Assembly (NCBI GenBank): GCA_030141605.1 | Contig: JAQGDQ010001415.1 | Span: 1 to 42,001, forward strand | Origin: Tubiluchus corallicola | Lineage: Eukaryota; Animalia; Priapulida | DNA: 42,001 nt | Direction: 5' to 3' | Shown here: positions 21,896 through 35,243 of the stretch, one piece after another | Numbering within the stretch: position 1 is the first letter of the stretch | Layout of the letters: each line of letters starts with the position of its first letter | Notes under the pieces: model-generated | Told to the model about the DNA's origin: nothing | What the model saw: only the letters and a program-made list of their open reading frames with translations | Database searches by the model: none | Position numbers and translations under genes: made by a program

Positions 21896-23432
21896 TTTAT
21901 TACGTTGTTTAGTATGTTTAGTGAATTAGTGCACTATTATAGAGATGTTTGGGTAAATCCTTATATTGACTGTTTTTTATTATTTTTGTCTATTTTGTTT
22001 CATGCATGCAAACTAGTTTTACTTGACTACTTACCCCCCCTAAGAAAAAAAAAAATTAGTATATGATCTATGCTGCCTTTTGTCACCAAGCCACCGTGAC
22101 TCCTAAGTGTACTTCTTATTAGCTACTGCTGCATCCCTTTCACCAGTAGCACGGCTTGTCATTTTAGTCTTAAAAAACCTTAAGTTAGTAATTGTAATTA
22201 ATTTAACTGGTTCTATGAATTTGTAATAGTACTAATAGAATTGATTATACCTCAACTACTCTGATACTTTCCCTATCTCAAATTTGCCATGTTATACTTT
22301 TATGCGGTTAATAGGAAATTATTTCCAGTTTCTGTCTTTTAAAAAAGATCAGTTATATAAGACGAAGTTTCAGCTGTTATGCTGTTAGCTTCCCATTAAC
22401 GCCATCTTGATTTTTCAAATTCCACTTTTATTTTCAACTGTTCTCTAACAGAAGTTTGCACTTCCCAGACGTAATTATTTTTCACGCTATTTTTTTTCAC
22501 AAACACTCATATACACAATTTGAAAGTATTTAGTGGTATTTTAAATTCCTAAATCTCCGGATCACAAAAAACACGTCTTCACGATTTCCGCGCCAAACTT
22601 TGCTACGCTTACTTTTAACAAAAACGCAGACAAAAAGCTATTATTATACAAAAATTTTATAATAATATTTGGGCCTTATCTGTACTGAACATTCAGCGAC
22701 AAATCGCTATGAAGCTAACTGTCCCATATAATATTATAACAGGCAATATGGGCTATCTTGATTTGATAAAACTTTGCGAAGATTGCCTATGTTACAGCGG
22801 CATTTGGTCAACAACTGTTAGCTGCAGATAGGAGTGGCTCGAACTCTAATAAATGTTTAAACCCGGCGAATGTGCTTTGCCTAAAATACAGTCTAAATCT
22901 GTCACATCCTGCTTTCTAAATAATGCATAGAATTTTTAATATTGATAAAGTAAACAAGGAAGAGTGGAGAGGTTTATAAGCTATGTACGCTTAACCTCTA
23001 TCCTTCGACGGTAACGGTACCGGTAACATAGATAGCTGAGAAAACCTCCAACTTTTCTCGAATCAGCGAATATGAGATGCTTCGACTTGTTCAACGAAAG
23101 TTTGGAGTTGATCCAGTAAAGGAAAACTTTCAACTCGTAGAGCTTCCATCTCTGTCTGTTATTACTTGTCTCTGTTAATTCTTTGTAATGCTTCTTTAGC
23201 TCAGAGTTGTAAGTTTGTCCTTAAAGAACTTTGTATTTTTTCTACAGCTGCTGTATGTTTTACTGTTACTGAAAAGAGTTTAGAAAATTCATAAAATAAA
23301 CTCATTAGAAACTGTAGTATCACTTGCTTTACTGTTACTGAAAAGAGTTTAGAAAATTCATAAAATAAACTCATAAGTGCTTCATCAGCTGACGTTATGT
23401 ACCGTTATGTACCGCCTTGCCCTGCATTGTAA

Positions 23433-24022
23433 TGTAACGCGGCTAGGGGTTCACGTAACAGAATGGCTTGGGTTCATCTGACTGTTAAGCCTAAGGCACA
23501 CTTCAGCACATTAGTTCTTGAAGTTTATAACAGGAAAACTGACATTGGAGAAATGTTGGCTTTGATAGACAATTTTGAATTATTTATTTAATTGCTTTAC
23601 TATGGTTCAGGGCTTATAATTAGCAGCTCTTGAGATTAGCAGAGTTTGTCAGCAACTCTTGTGTTAGCAGAGTTTGTTAGCAACTCTTGTGGTAGCAGAG
23701 TTTGTTATCAGGCCTTGTGGTAGCAGACCTTGTCAGCAGCGAATGTCTCTTCCTCTGGATCTGTCCTCCTTAAATACTACTCTGACATGACCCGCCTACA
23801 CACTGCTGATTGGTTATTTCTTGTTAACACGGGCGGATCACGTGCATAGATCTTAATAGGCAATATACTGAATCACGCGCTCAGATTTGCAGGCTCTTGA
23901 TTGATTGTTGGCGTAGTTGTTTTCACATCCGGGTCCTTACATCGCCGGTAAAGTATAGTGTAATTATTGTCAATTAGTTTAATTTAATGTTTTTATTATA
24001 GGCACCGCATACCTATGCCACA
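23433..24022 (-). mobile_element. Solo LTR (590 bp, Gypsy-like)
   Basis: TGT...ACA termini, 4-bp TSD GTAA (23429-32 and 24023-26), empty site in the paralog (GCATTGTAACACAGC near 36506-36520); minus-strand TATTTAA near 23770-23778 and AATAAA near 23583-23588; internal 28-bp repeat at 23622-23720. Confidence 0.88.
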
Positions 24023-25849
24023 GTAACACAACACTGTGTGTACTATCTCGTTGCACACTAAACCGCCATGTACTGCAGAACGATATTTTGCCTCACTACA
24101 TATCACTCTGCCATGTACTGCAGAGAGGTATACTGCGCATTACATACCACTTTGCTATGTAGCTCACAGTGTGCATATGCAAAGGTAAGACAATCGTTCA
24201 ACCTCGCAACAAGTAAACAAACAAAACAATGTAATCACTCGATTGTTGTGTTACCTAGTAGCTGCAATAGACAGATTTTTTTTCCACATTTTAACTTTCG
24301 TCCGAAAGTCCTCAGCGTTTTGCTGTCATGGCAGTTTTCAGTTTTGGCGAATCGACTATAGAGTCCACCTACTTAAAAAATTTTTGTCCGCATAAATGTA
24401 CACTACAGCTCCACCCACATAAATACGCATACTACAAAAAGAACTTAGCAAATCAACAAGAGATGTGAGCACCTGCTCGACATCCCCGCCTACTGCCTCG
24501 GCTTGCACCATATGTGTTAGTGCCTTTCTGTGTAGTGCAGCACCATGACAGACCTCTACGCCATGTAACATCTGCCCTGCTGTTTGCAGTACACAGTGCA
24601 GTAGCACGTTGCGATATGGTACAAGGCGCGACATTCGCCAAAATGTCAAGCAAGCACTAGTGTTCCACTTACAGTTTTTGTTAAATAATATTCTTTTGTG
24701 TAACTGCTAATATAATAAAATTTGACATTTCATTATCATGTACTACTGCTGCTATTGCGAAAACAATAAGTTTTATAATTTTAACTCAAGTTGTCCATTT
24801 TTCTTTTAACATTGTTTAATAATAAACCTAATGACAAACAACAATTTAAACTTGGCATAAACAAAAATAGATAGATAGGTGGTAGACAAACATAATCTTT
24901 ATTTACAAATAAAGTGTATTACACCACGCACTCGACAAGTGTGAAAACAATAACATGTTAATTCTAATGTAAACTATGGATATCAGGATTATTTTACTTA
25001 ACAGCATCATTGAAGTAAATTAATGTTTAAAATAATGAAAGAGAAATCTGATGTTAAAAACAAGTCGATGTTAAGAAGTGTAAAATAGTAAAATACAGCA
25101 TGTAGAATGTTACACACGCACAAAAAACAAACAGACACACTTTGCTGCAAAAATAACATTAAAATGTAAATAAAAACATAATAAAAAGGCATGAGTTAAA
25201 AGTAGAAAAATATTAAGCTGCAAGTACTTCAAATGTTTCGATAGTCAAATAATAATCACACTTTGCTTCTTTCTGCCCAGACTATAATAAATTATATTTA
25301 ACAATACAGAATTACCTTTTACTACAATAGTATTACAACATACATAATAGTAAGTTTTCGTATACATATATAAGGCAATATATTAATTTATCTATGAAAC
25401 CTAAAAATATGCGGCTGTAAATATTGTAAACAATGACATAAATATAAAACATCACAAAACTATCTTCTTGCGTCTAATAACTTAATTTGAAATACTAATT
25501 GCTCTTATCAAATATACAGCAGTCTACTAAATAACAAAAAAGATATCGCATATCACAAAATCAATAGTTTCAATTATGTTCATATTCATCAACAGACAAG
25601 TACTAGTAGATATATTATCACCATTACACAGATTTTTGTAGTACCTTCTGAGGTAGTTATAATTATCTGTCAGACCTAAAAATTTTAACCCCCATTTCTG
25701 CAGTTTAGTTAACAACATTCTTACTCCAAAACGCAGACCTGTCAACTCTCATTACACATGTGTCACACGCATTTGAAATCTTTCATACACATCAAATGTT
25801 CAATTCTCACTCATTCCACAGCTTCACTCGCAAGTTAACAAATTAAACT

Positions 25850-25958
25850 GACTTCTTTTGCCACCAGTAGAAACCCACACAATTACTAATGACAACATAA
25901 ATAAACCACTTCCTTTGCCACCAGTAGAAACCCAAACACAATTACTAAGCACAACACA
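25850..25958. repeat. Short direct repeat (two copies, about 60-bp period)
   Basis: ACTTCYTTTGCCACCAGTAGAAACCCA...CAATTACTAA occurs twice. Confidence 0.8.
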
Positions 25959-26507
25959 AATAGAAGAACTATTCTCAATAATACAGTAACATCAATGCAT
26001 CCGACGATTTATATAGTAAATGAACCTTATAAATTTTTGTTAAGTGTGCAGTGTACACATTACAAAAATCTTTGGCTTTAATTGGCAGTGACTTGTGTGC
26101 CTGAATGGCGGGTTTACGTGTAAATTTTTGTCGTGCATGGAACGGTGAAAACAATTGTAAATGTAACGTATGATTTAATGGTAAACATGTCACATTAATA
26201 AATATTTTTTCACTGGGACTCATTCACTCTATATATAGTAGTAAAGGGTATCAAAATTGAAGATTAAACATTTCTGAGTGCTACTGAGCTTTCTTTCTAA
26301 TGTATACAAAAGAATGTATTTATGCATACGTAAAGTATTGTGAACTGCAACAACAGGATAAGAAAGCTCAGTAATATCCAAAAATCATCTTAATTTTTTT
26401 TAAATTTTTTGCCTTAATTTTTTATTTCAATTTTGATGCTCAAAAATGCAAACATTTCTGGGGCATTAATTTTCCCCCTAGGGAAAAGTTTTCTACATTT
26501 TGCATTC

Positions 26508-26631
26508 AGAGAGAGAGAGAGGGGGGAGAGATGGAGAGAGAGACAGAAGAAGGGAAAGAGAGAAAGAGAGAGAGAGGGGAGAGATGGAGAGAAAGAGACA
26601 GAAGGAGGGAGAGAGAGAGAGAGAGAGAGAC
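26508..26631. repeat. GA-rich microsatellite
   Basis: Imperfect (GA)n purine tract; explains ORFs 26433..26636 and 26531..26815. Confidence 0.95.
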
Positions 26632-27216
26632 AGTAGAAAATCTTTGTCAGTACATTTTACACATAAATCCTTTTATTAGTGACTATGAAGTCACCAATTT
26701 ATACGCACTGTTCCTACATATGTACAGTTCAGGGCCATACTGGGATAGCCAGGCTCTAAAGTTAAGGGAGGAAGAACTTGAAAAAGGCACGGTGACACAT
26801 ACCAAACAATTTTAACGCATTGATTACACACTTTAATTTTGTGGTTTAAAATAAAACACAAAGAAGAAACAGTTTTAAACGAAGTACATAAATAAACTAA
26901 CAACTGCAGAAAATTCTTCCTAGGCTGTGCAATAAAAAAAATAAAACATTCGACTTTTATTGCACTAGTGAAAAAGAGAGTTTAAAAAGTTGTTGAAAAG
27001 GTGTCACTTTTGAAAAAATGTGCTTGGAGGAGTGGTTGCTTCACTTGCTTCCCCTATTGAGAAACTGGTAAAGTTAAAGTTGCTATGGAGATTAGACATT
27101 TACTGAAGAGGAACACTATATGCAACGACACTAGCCATTCGTTCGGATTGAGGTGGGTTATTATGCCTTCAATGAGTCACAAAAAATAATTTTAAGTGAA
27201 GGTCTGTAATCATATC

Positions 27217-27588
27217 CAGGGCCTATTTCAGGGGGAGGGGGAAGTGGGGATACTTCCCCGGGGCCTCACCCTCCAGGGGGCCTCGCGCGACGGTAACATT
27301 TTTTTGGTTTATGCGAACATACTGCCTCCTCTCTCCCTCTCTTGCCGCACGCGCGCTGTTTGCAAGTATTGACAAGTATTAAGGACTGGTCTTGAGAATA
27401 AAGCAGTTTTTCTTCCAATTGTTCTTTCCTTTAACAACTGTATAACTCCATATTTTCTCTTCGAAAATGCTTCCCCGGCATTCTAGCAGTTCAAAAATCT
27501 TCTGGGCGCCAACCATGCCCCCCCGGCGCTTTTCCCCCCCTCCGAGGGGGCCTCACACACCCCACTTCCCCGGGCCTCGCTTAGGCTG
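27217..27588. mobile_element. hAT-type MITE (372 bp)
   Basis: 8-bp TSD ATCATATC (27209-16 and 27589-96); ends CAGGGCCTA ... TAGGCTG; GC-rich subterminal GGGCCTC repeats. Confidence 0.85.
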
Positions 27589-27933
27589 ATCATATCACCA
27601 TACAAATGTCCCGTAATACAGGATTCACCATATTTATTACACGGATTCACTGTGTTACTAATGTATTCACCGTAAAGGCAGGTGACTTGAACACCTCCGA
27701 CCAATCTGCTCAGAACAATGCCAGGGAAACTACGCATGCGGAAACGAAGGTGGCAGCACCTTCCAATGAGATATAAGCAAAGTTAGGCAATGATGCATGG
27801 ACAGCAGTTACACTACAGAATTATTAAAGTTTCAGCAAAATCACAATCCCTCCCAGCGAGGAGTAGACATTAGTTTGCATTGTTAAAATCACAAGTGAGC
27901 ATCACACGTGAAAAGTTATCGAAGTTATCACGA

Positions 27934-30900
27934 TTACTGAGCGTAATATGGGTAGACCGGCGCATAGTTGAGATTCCCCATTGTGTAGTCATTGTCATCG
28001 TCACCTTTTATATTCACAGGTCCAGAGAACAATTGTGAGTACTGTGGAGGAGCTGCAAAAATGAAAGAATTTCCGTTAGTAAAGAAAAATTCATGTTTTA
28101 AATTTTTCAAACTTAAAAGAATAGATCTACAGCAACATATTAAGCTAACTTACTCCTAATGAAATGGGCCTAGTTATTTTTAGTATTTTACAATGTAATA
28201 AACACTAAACAGAACGGAGTTGAAGGGCCTGCTCTTAAGCCAGCTCGATGCAAGTCTAACATAAACACGATTTGTTGAAGGGGTAGTTTGCTTCAGAAGG
28301 CATTCCCACAGTAACTACAGAATTGCTCGGCGGCCATCTTGACTGTTTCCGATGAACTAGTGACATCTAAAAACATGCTGAGCTTTCCTCTCAAAATTCG
28401 GAACACATGTGAATATGTTAGCCATATTTGACGCCTAGCCTCTGGAATAGAACTTTTTTTGTATTCTTGATGTCAATCTTAAATAAAAATAAGATTATTC
28501 AAACAGCCTTAGAAATAACTATTGTTTAAAGGAAAACTGGATAATTGTTTAGACTCAATCTCATTTGAATATACTGTCTAAAATATACGTTTTCTTGCCT
28601 AAAAAGTTCGCAACTGTTTCTTATATTTGAATAATTAGCATGGAAAGCTAGTTAACGGAAACCGAACACAGATATTGCTTACGTCAAAAACTAGCCACAA
28701 TTTGTGCAATGGCTGGTGTTTTCACTTGAGCGTCAAGCACGTTTAAACGCATGATGTCACGAAAATGGGCTTTACATCATATGACGTTAGACACTAACAC
28801 TGCAGTTCATGATCACGGTTATTACGGTACCACCTTCTATTTGTCAGCCACGCGCATGTGACAAAAAGGCGCCACTGCCAATCTTAGTAGATTCACAGAG
28901 CCGCGTGTAGCTTTGAAAGTTTAACAAAATTTGAGTATCCGAGGTAATTATTATTTAATCTAAGCTTTGATTTAAAAAAAGCTATTCTAGTTTTCAATAT
29001 TTTAGAACATTCTTTATTCTGAACTAATGTTTACACAATCATCCGGTTTTCTTTTAGCTTTCCTGCATAAATGAATAACTGCAACGATCTTATAAATGTG
29101 AGCAATAAGCAGTGATATGTACCAAATACAATACAATAGCGATATTGCTAGAATAATATAATATCTGTGCGATAATGATAAAAACAAATTTTGCAAATTG
29201 ATACAACAATCAGTAATTATCGACACAATAACTATTGATACATATCGTTATCATTAACATCACTACCTGAGAATGCAGATTCATTGTTTTTGTATAGGTC
29301 GTTGACTGAGCATTTTAAATTGACTAACCAACCATCATCACAGTACAAGTAATTGCTTTTGAATAATTAAAACTTCTACACTTACGAGCATCCGGGTAAT
29401 TCTCAAAACCAGGTGGTAACGGTGCAGTCGGTTCAGTTCCCATTCCGCTTGCTTGAAATCCCATTGCTTGAGCTTGTTGCGGTGGAAATGCGGAGTTCGG
29501 TTGAGTTTGGTTTCTGTCTTCTTGAAATCCCATTGGCTGTGGTGGAAACGAGGAGGTGAAACAAGAGAACGCCTCTCGGAGGGGAATCGTACCAATCACA
29601 ATCGGAATTTTTACCGTGAGATCTAAGGCCGGACCAGAAGGACTAACATCCACCTGTAAATGAGAGTTTTTTCCTGTTTTACCTGTTAGCATAAGCAATC
29701 GTACTACCTTGTACTTCTAACAATTTGATCAAACTTAAAATTGGAACAGAATGTTACAAGCAATGCCCGTTGTAATAAGCCCTTTCACAGTTCCAGCGAT
29801 TGATTGTGAAAAGGTCAAAGGTTAAGTGTACCAGACATTTGGCATTATAACAAGACTGACCTAGGCTCCGCAAAAAATTTTGCGTATAAATACACTTACA
29901 ATCAATAATACGCAAACATGCTACATAGTCCTTATTTATAGCGCAAAGCAAGCTGCAGCTTTTACTGGATTAAAGTTATAGACAGAGTATAATGGATGAC
30001 GTCTAATTAACTCGTCGGCACTCTTCTCGGTGGACGTGTACTAAAATATAGCCCACATCATCGTGTAGCTCTGTTCTTCCTCTTTCTAAAGAGCTATATA
30101 TCTCCTTCCGAGAGTCCCACCAGGCGCCGCTATAACGTTTTTTCCACATGCTGTTTGATAAAAATTTCGAAAAAATCAGGAGTTGGGTCCAGGAAAACAC
30201 CCGTTGCGGGACGCCGTGGCCCTGTCGCAAATTCTAAATATGCCTACTACACCCACCGCTGAACGGGCTATATATCCATAGCCAGCACCGCACCTGCCCA
30301 TTCCCGTTCTCCAGAAATAAGAGGTATAAGTTTTGCAAACAACGGCCATTTTTGGAGGGTTTTTGTCCCCCGTTCGTCCATACATTTACAATACGAAACA
30401 CTGATATTTGTGGCAAGATTGGAACCTAACTCATTATCAAAGACAACCCTCTAAGATGAGCCACTAAATGGCCGCAGGTGTTTTAGTCATGTTCGGATGG
30501 TATATATCATCCAGGAACAAGATAAACAGCCAAAATCGGTACTGCGAAAGAAAGTGTCTACCACGAGATTTGAACCCATCTAGTCACCAATCACGCACTA
30601 ACCAGAGTCACCAATCAGCGAGTCAATTCATTTCAAAGTTAGTACTGTATGTCAATTCATTTCAAAGTTAGTACTATATAACAAGCAAAGTTTAATGCTT
30701 TTAGTAGTAATTACACAAAGTACAGTAGGCACTACTTAATAGACTTACTTTGCGATGGAAATGTTTTAATCTAATTAACCGACTAATTCAATTAAGGGTG
30801 TAGCATATTATTACTATAAGACATTAATCACTCATCACCTTATTATGCATTGCAAAAGCTTTAAATGAATTATAGAAATGAATTAATGTCAAAATTTCCA

Positions 30901-33900
30901 TGTGCGATTATTAACTGAGAATTATAATTTGTAAAAGTGAATTGATAAAAAAAGAAAATGAAAAATTCTCACAAATCTGATTATGACCACTGAAAATTAC
31001 AAAAAATCATGCACAGCTGCTTCATTTCAAAAGTAAAAGCTTTTTAGGCATGCACAAATATCTTATTTTAAGTAAGTGAAAGAAAAACATTGAGCCAATT
31101 ATGTGGAGTTAATTGAATCAATTATTAACACATTTTCTATACATTTGAATAGCAATGGCTTGCACCAGATGTTTCTTTGAGTCTGTTAAGTGAGTGCGTC
31201 TATTAACAGCGAGTCTAATAAATGGCGTTTACTTTATTGGAAACTGAAAGATCATTTTTAAATCAACTTACGTCGAGACTGTAGTCAACGTCAATAATAC
31301 TACAATGTATCAGTTCCGACGGGGGTGTGGGAGGAATCAAAAGCTCCAATGTCCAAAATTCGTAACAATGTCCACGTATCTCACCCTTGCGCAGAGAACA
31401 GAGTTCTTTGGTACACTCTTTTGTCTTTGTGGTGGCTTTAAACTTGGTTGTCTGAAATAGATTCGCATATGTTTTAATGAAAGTCACAATTAAACAGCAT
31501 TTATGCTACGTTGATAGAAGTCTTCTCCATACTATTTTCTTAATCAGCTTGCGCATCTGTTACTTCTTTTCCTCTGTTTCTCTCTCAAGAAAGAGGAGAA
31601 ATTCTTTAAGGTGAGCTTACTGCACTCTAAACTTACAGCTCTCAGGACTGCTTGGCTGTACTTGCAATTTCTACTAGTATCATTCTGTATTTCAGCAGTG
31701 ATGGGAATCGGTTGTCCGGGAACATATCCCGTTTGGGGTATTTTAACCCTGCAGTGGAGTGGTCCAGATTTGCAACATAAACAGCAAACAAACTTCTGCT
31801 CAGAAGCATCGGCACCGATCTGGAAAATACAAGTTGAGGTTTTCAGATCATAATAAATGCTTATGATTAAATGTACATAACTATTAGACTTGATATGCAA
31901 ATTTTTCTAGCCAAAAACAGAAATTTTTAAACATGTTTATATATAAACGAAATGTTGTAACAAAGTGACGGGCAAGTGCTGCAACGACTCAGGCAGCACG
32001 CCTCTCCCAGACTGACACAATTGTTCAATGACTCAGGCAGCACGCCTCTCCCAGACTGACACAATTGTTCAATGACTCAGGCAGCACACCTCTCCCAGAC
32101 TGACACAATTGTTCAACTTACTGCACAATCCTGCCTCGACTCAGGCAGCACACCTCTCCCAGACTGACACAATTGTTCAACTTACTGCACAATCCTGCCT
32201 CGACTCAGGCAGCACGCCTCTCCCAGACTGACACAATTGTTCAACTTACTGCACAATCCTGCCTCGACTCAGGCAGCACGCCTCTCCCAGACTGACACAA
32301 TTGTTCAACTTACTGCACAATCCCGCCTTGTGTTTAGATCTAGATTACTGAGCACTGTGAATGCAGATTTGACGGTGTGATTGAATTTCCATGGCCTGAA
32401 ACAAAATAATAACAACTAAATCCTCGACAGTCATTTGTTATCAGTAATTTTAGTAGTAAAAAAACAACAAACTATTACTTAATTTTAATTCAGGCACATA
32501 AAACAATTTATAGTTAAAAACAACACAACTTTATTAAAAGTTAAAACTTAAAATCATGCCAAATGTTTCGACTAGCTGCTGCTGTCATCATCAGTGGTAA
32601 ATTTACAAACATACAACCAGTTTATATAGGCAGAGCCTACTATGCACTAATTAAGTAGTTAACGGAAACCAAATAAGTAATGAATAAACAGACCAGTACA
32701 GAAATTGATAGTTAGTGCTTAAGTTGCTGTATCAATTTCTTTACTGGTCTGTTTATTCATTACCTATTTGGCTTCTGTTAAATACTTAATTACTGCATAA
32801 CGGGTTTTGCCTTTATAAACTGGTTGTATGTTTTTAGATTTACCTCTGATGATGACAGCAGTAGTCTGTTTGGCATGACTTTAACTTTTTAATGTAAAAG
32901 TTTTTAAAAAAGTTGTGTCGTTTTAACTAAATTTTGTTAGTTGTTTTTACGTGTATTACCTGTCGATTACACTTTTTACAGTATACCTGACGTAACCGTC
33001 ACCACCTTCAAAACTGGAGGGCAAATCTTGGGGAAGTGTGTATTGGAATTTCAAACTGTGTAGTCCAGACTCGAGCGTGGTATAATCACCTGACTCCCCT
33101 TCCTCTAGATAATGACAAAAACAATAATTTAATTTTGTTAATTAGTATATGAAAGTAAACGATACAACATTCTTAAACCACTGTTGTTTATTTCACAAAT
33201 ATTACCATTATTTTCATAGAATCCAACAGCGCCACCTGTAACCAAGACACAATAGGGGGATATACTTATGGTATCAAATTCTTCTAATACAAGCAGAAAA
33301 TCTCATGGCTGCTCTGTCATGTTGTACTAGTAGCTCAGCTGCCAGAGCTAGGAAGTATTCCATGTCTATGGTTCAAATCGTGACTAGTCAACAATTTTTC
33401 ATCATCTCATATCTTTCTTTAACTCGTTATCTGCAACGGGTAATAATTGTTGCAAAACAAACCACAATTGTTGCGAAATAAACCACAATTGTTTATGAAC
33501 ATTCTGGCATTCGCAGTCATAATCTACTTATTAATTAATCATGTCGTCAATTGCCAACTAATTTAAAAAAAATAATACCATAACTTAATACATGAAAATC
33601 ATATGTAACAAGTGTATCTGGAAAAAAGTCCTTACTAAAACATTTGCAGTTGACATTTGACAAGGTTACATAAAAAATATTTAAGCACGGGTTTAAACTC
33701 AATACTCTTTCATATTCAAAGCCTGTGACACCTAAATTACTTGAATCAACATCAAGATGCTTAAATTTTCTTGGTTTAAGAACAATAGCTTCATTATATC
33801 AAGTTCGTTATTTTTTATACACCGTTTTTATATGCCAATAGGCCTTAGTAATTTACGTAAAACACAAATTAAAAACACGCTTTTGCAACGTGAAAACACA

Positions 33901-35243
33901 GATACAGATAAACTGTCATTTTTCTGACCAGCACTTTAATAACACAGATCCTAATGTGTACAAGCTTTTCATGAAACAGAAGCCTTTCACATGAAGCATG
34001 AAACTCACTATATGGTGGTTAATAAAACCTAAAAACAACAAAAAAACTTGGCTGTGGCTAAAATTTTGGCAAAACAATGAGAGGGCAAGCTGGCCCTGCA
34101 GGGGAAACTTACGCCTGCCAAATAATGTAATCTTTTCGTGAAAGTAGCTCTCACTGCTGTCATACGAGTCCGAAGAGTCGTCATTCGTCTCGGTCCAGTG
34201 AACTTTTGCCGAACCGTCAAACGTAACACGAATAGCTGAAATCACAAACTACAATTTGGGTGCTTGCAAATCAAAACCGCCCATAAGTCGGCATAGTTAA
34301 AACTATGTTATGATGCTTCAAAGTAAAATACATCAAAGATTTTGTGAAATGTCAATTTTTTGCTTTTTTTACAAAAAGAAATGCTAATATATTGGACTTT
34401 TTATATTCTAGCTTACAGTTATCAAGAAAATGTAAAAAAATACTAAAAATCTGATTTTATAACTCCATACCCATTTTTCTGGCTAGACACTAGTACTACA
34501 ATTGTAAAAAACTCATATTTCCAAACTTCCATAGTAGCTCATGAAAGCAGTCATTTTGCTTTGGGTTTTTTCTTTTGACAAGCATAGATCTTTGCCAGGA
34601 AGAGCCATCTACTGGATTTAAACAAACTTGCGTGGAAACGTCACAGAAACAATGGCTGACTTTTACAGCAATTTTCTCAAGATTTTTTCAGTGTGCAGCC
34701 TGCACCTCAACTTCAACGTGGATTATCTCAGCTTAGAAATAACATAGAGCAATGAGCTTGATATAAAAATAATTCTCAGAAATTCGATACGTAAATCACT
34801 AGAAAAGCTTAATTGCCAACTTGTAGACAATTTTGTTACGCAAGTACATATTTTCCATTTTTAACACGTCACTTAATTTTTTTGTAGCAGTAAGTCACAG
34901 CATTTGCAGAAGTTATCGAATTAAAGCATGTTTTACTGGCCATATCTTGTGACACGCTAACAAAATTTATCCCTCAGGTATTAATAGTTACATTGAATGG
35001 AGTCACAGAGAGTTAATAATCAGTATGACTGATGCTAACGAGTTAAAGCACGTTTATGAGTTTAATGATGCGCAAGTAATTATTATTACGAAAAGCAAAA
35101 ACTGATTGCAATTTACCTCGCATCTCCATTGGTTTGTCCAGCTCTAAAACTATTTGTCCAGACACGATCTGCCCAGCATAAAAAACCGGAGATGACTGAT
35201 TGCTGTTCAAGAAATGGATTTCCAGTCTTTGTAATTTTACCAT
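27934..35243 (-). CDS. Alpha-arrestin (arrestin domain-containing, ARRDC-like) protein, complete, 408 aa
   Basis: Eight frame-consistent GT-AG exons: 35243-35117, 34235-34113, 33104-32960, 32395-32314, 31819-31637, 31451-31272, 29653-29386, 28052-27934 (1227 nt). Motifs VFYAGQIVSG, AKVHW, LPSSFEG..GYVRY, RPWKF, GYVPGQ.I.I.AEI.N, IIDVDY.L, IGTIPL, C-terminal PPQY (PPxY). Confidence 0.95.
30420..30622 (-). mobile_element. tRNA-derived SINE remnant (intron 6)
   Basis: Minus-strand A-box-like TGGTGACTCTGG and B-box-like GGTTCAAATCT near 30566-30576; extent approximate. Confidence 0.5.
31986..32328. repeat. Tandem repeat (2 x 44 bp + 4 x about 64 bp) containing the exon-4 splice donor
   Basis: Units start at 31986, 32030, 32074, 32138, 32202 and 32266; the long units contain CTTACTGCACAATC (minus strand GATTGTGCA|GTAAG). 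Confidence 0.95.
32500..32945. repeat. Long fold-back inverted repeat, probably Penelope-like-element-derived, filling intron 3
   Basis: Arms of about 210 bp around a short spacer near 32712-32728 (e.g. AATGAATAAACAGACCAGTA / TACTGGTCTGTTTATTCATT); CTGATGA core in both arms. Confidence 0.85.
32558..32598 (-). ncRNA. Minimal hammerhead-ribozyme-like remnant (Penelope type)
   Basis: Minus strand CCA-CTGATGA-T-GAC(N11)GTC-GAAA-CATT-TGG: core boxes, stem II and short stem I present; stem III degenerate. Confidence 0.5.
33328..33390 (+). mobile_element. tRNA-derived SINE head remnant
   Basis: A-box TAGCTCAGCTG and B-box GGTTCAAATC with tRNA-like spacing, no intact cloverleaf. Confidence 0.5.

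Larger units (their letters stand above)
17121..22737 (-). mobile_element. Near-full-length APE-type non-LTR retrotransposon (clade not determined; possibly RTEX/Proto2-like)
   Basis: Two long ORFs, short 3'UTR ending in an (ATCGCA)n tail at about 17121-17136; absent from the paralogous site at 35786; AACAG at 17116-17120 and 22738-22742 is a possible TSD or microhomology. The true 5' end may be nearer 22600. Confidence 0.93.
16870..24843. repeat. Interrupted duplicate of the arrestin-upstream block 35528-36972
   Basis: 16870-17120 matches 35528-35786; 22738-23432, 24023-24370 and 24728-24843 match 35782-36972; interrupted by the LINE, the solo LTR and a roughly 360-bp segment. Confidence 0.9.

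Noticed and set aside
17065-22066. Many plus-strand ORFs rich in F/S/L/I
   Set aside because: Antisense shadows of the A-rich LINE coding strand; no motifs.
23378-23396. Hammerhead core CTGATGA on the minus strand (also near 36460)
   Set aside because: No stem II followed by GAAA.
24068-24361. Cys/His-rich ORF repeated at 36556..36900
   Set aside because: Part of the duplicated non-coding block; frames diverge between copies. Weak inverted similarity with 24580-24635 hints at an old DNA element, but I found no TIR or TSD.
26433-26815. R/E-rich ORFs
   Set aside because: Translation of the GA microsatellite.
33328-33390. tRNA gene
   Set aside because: Only A/B boxes; no acceptor or anticodon stems, so treated as a SINE relic.
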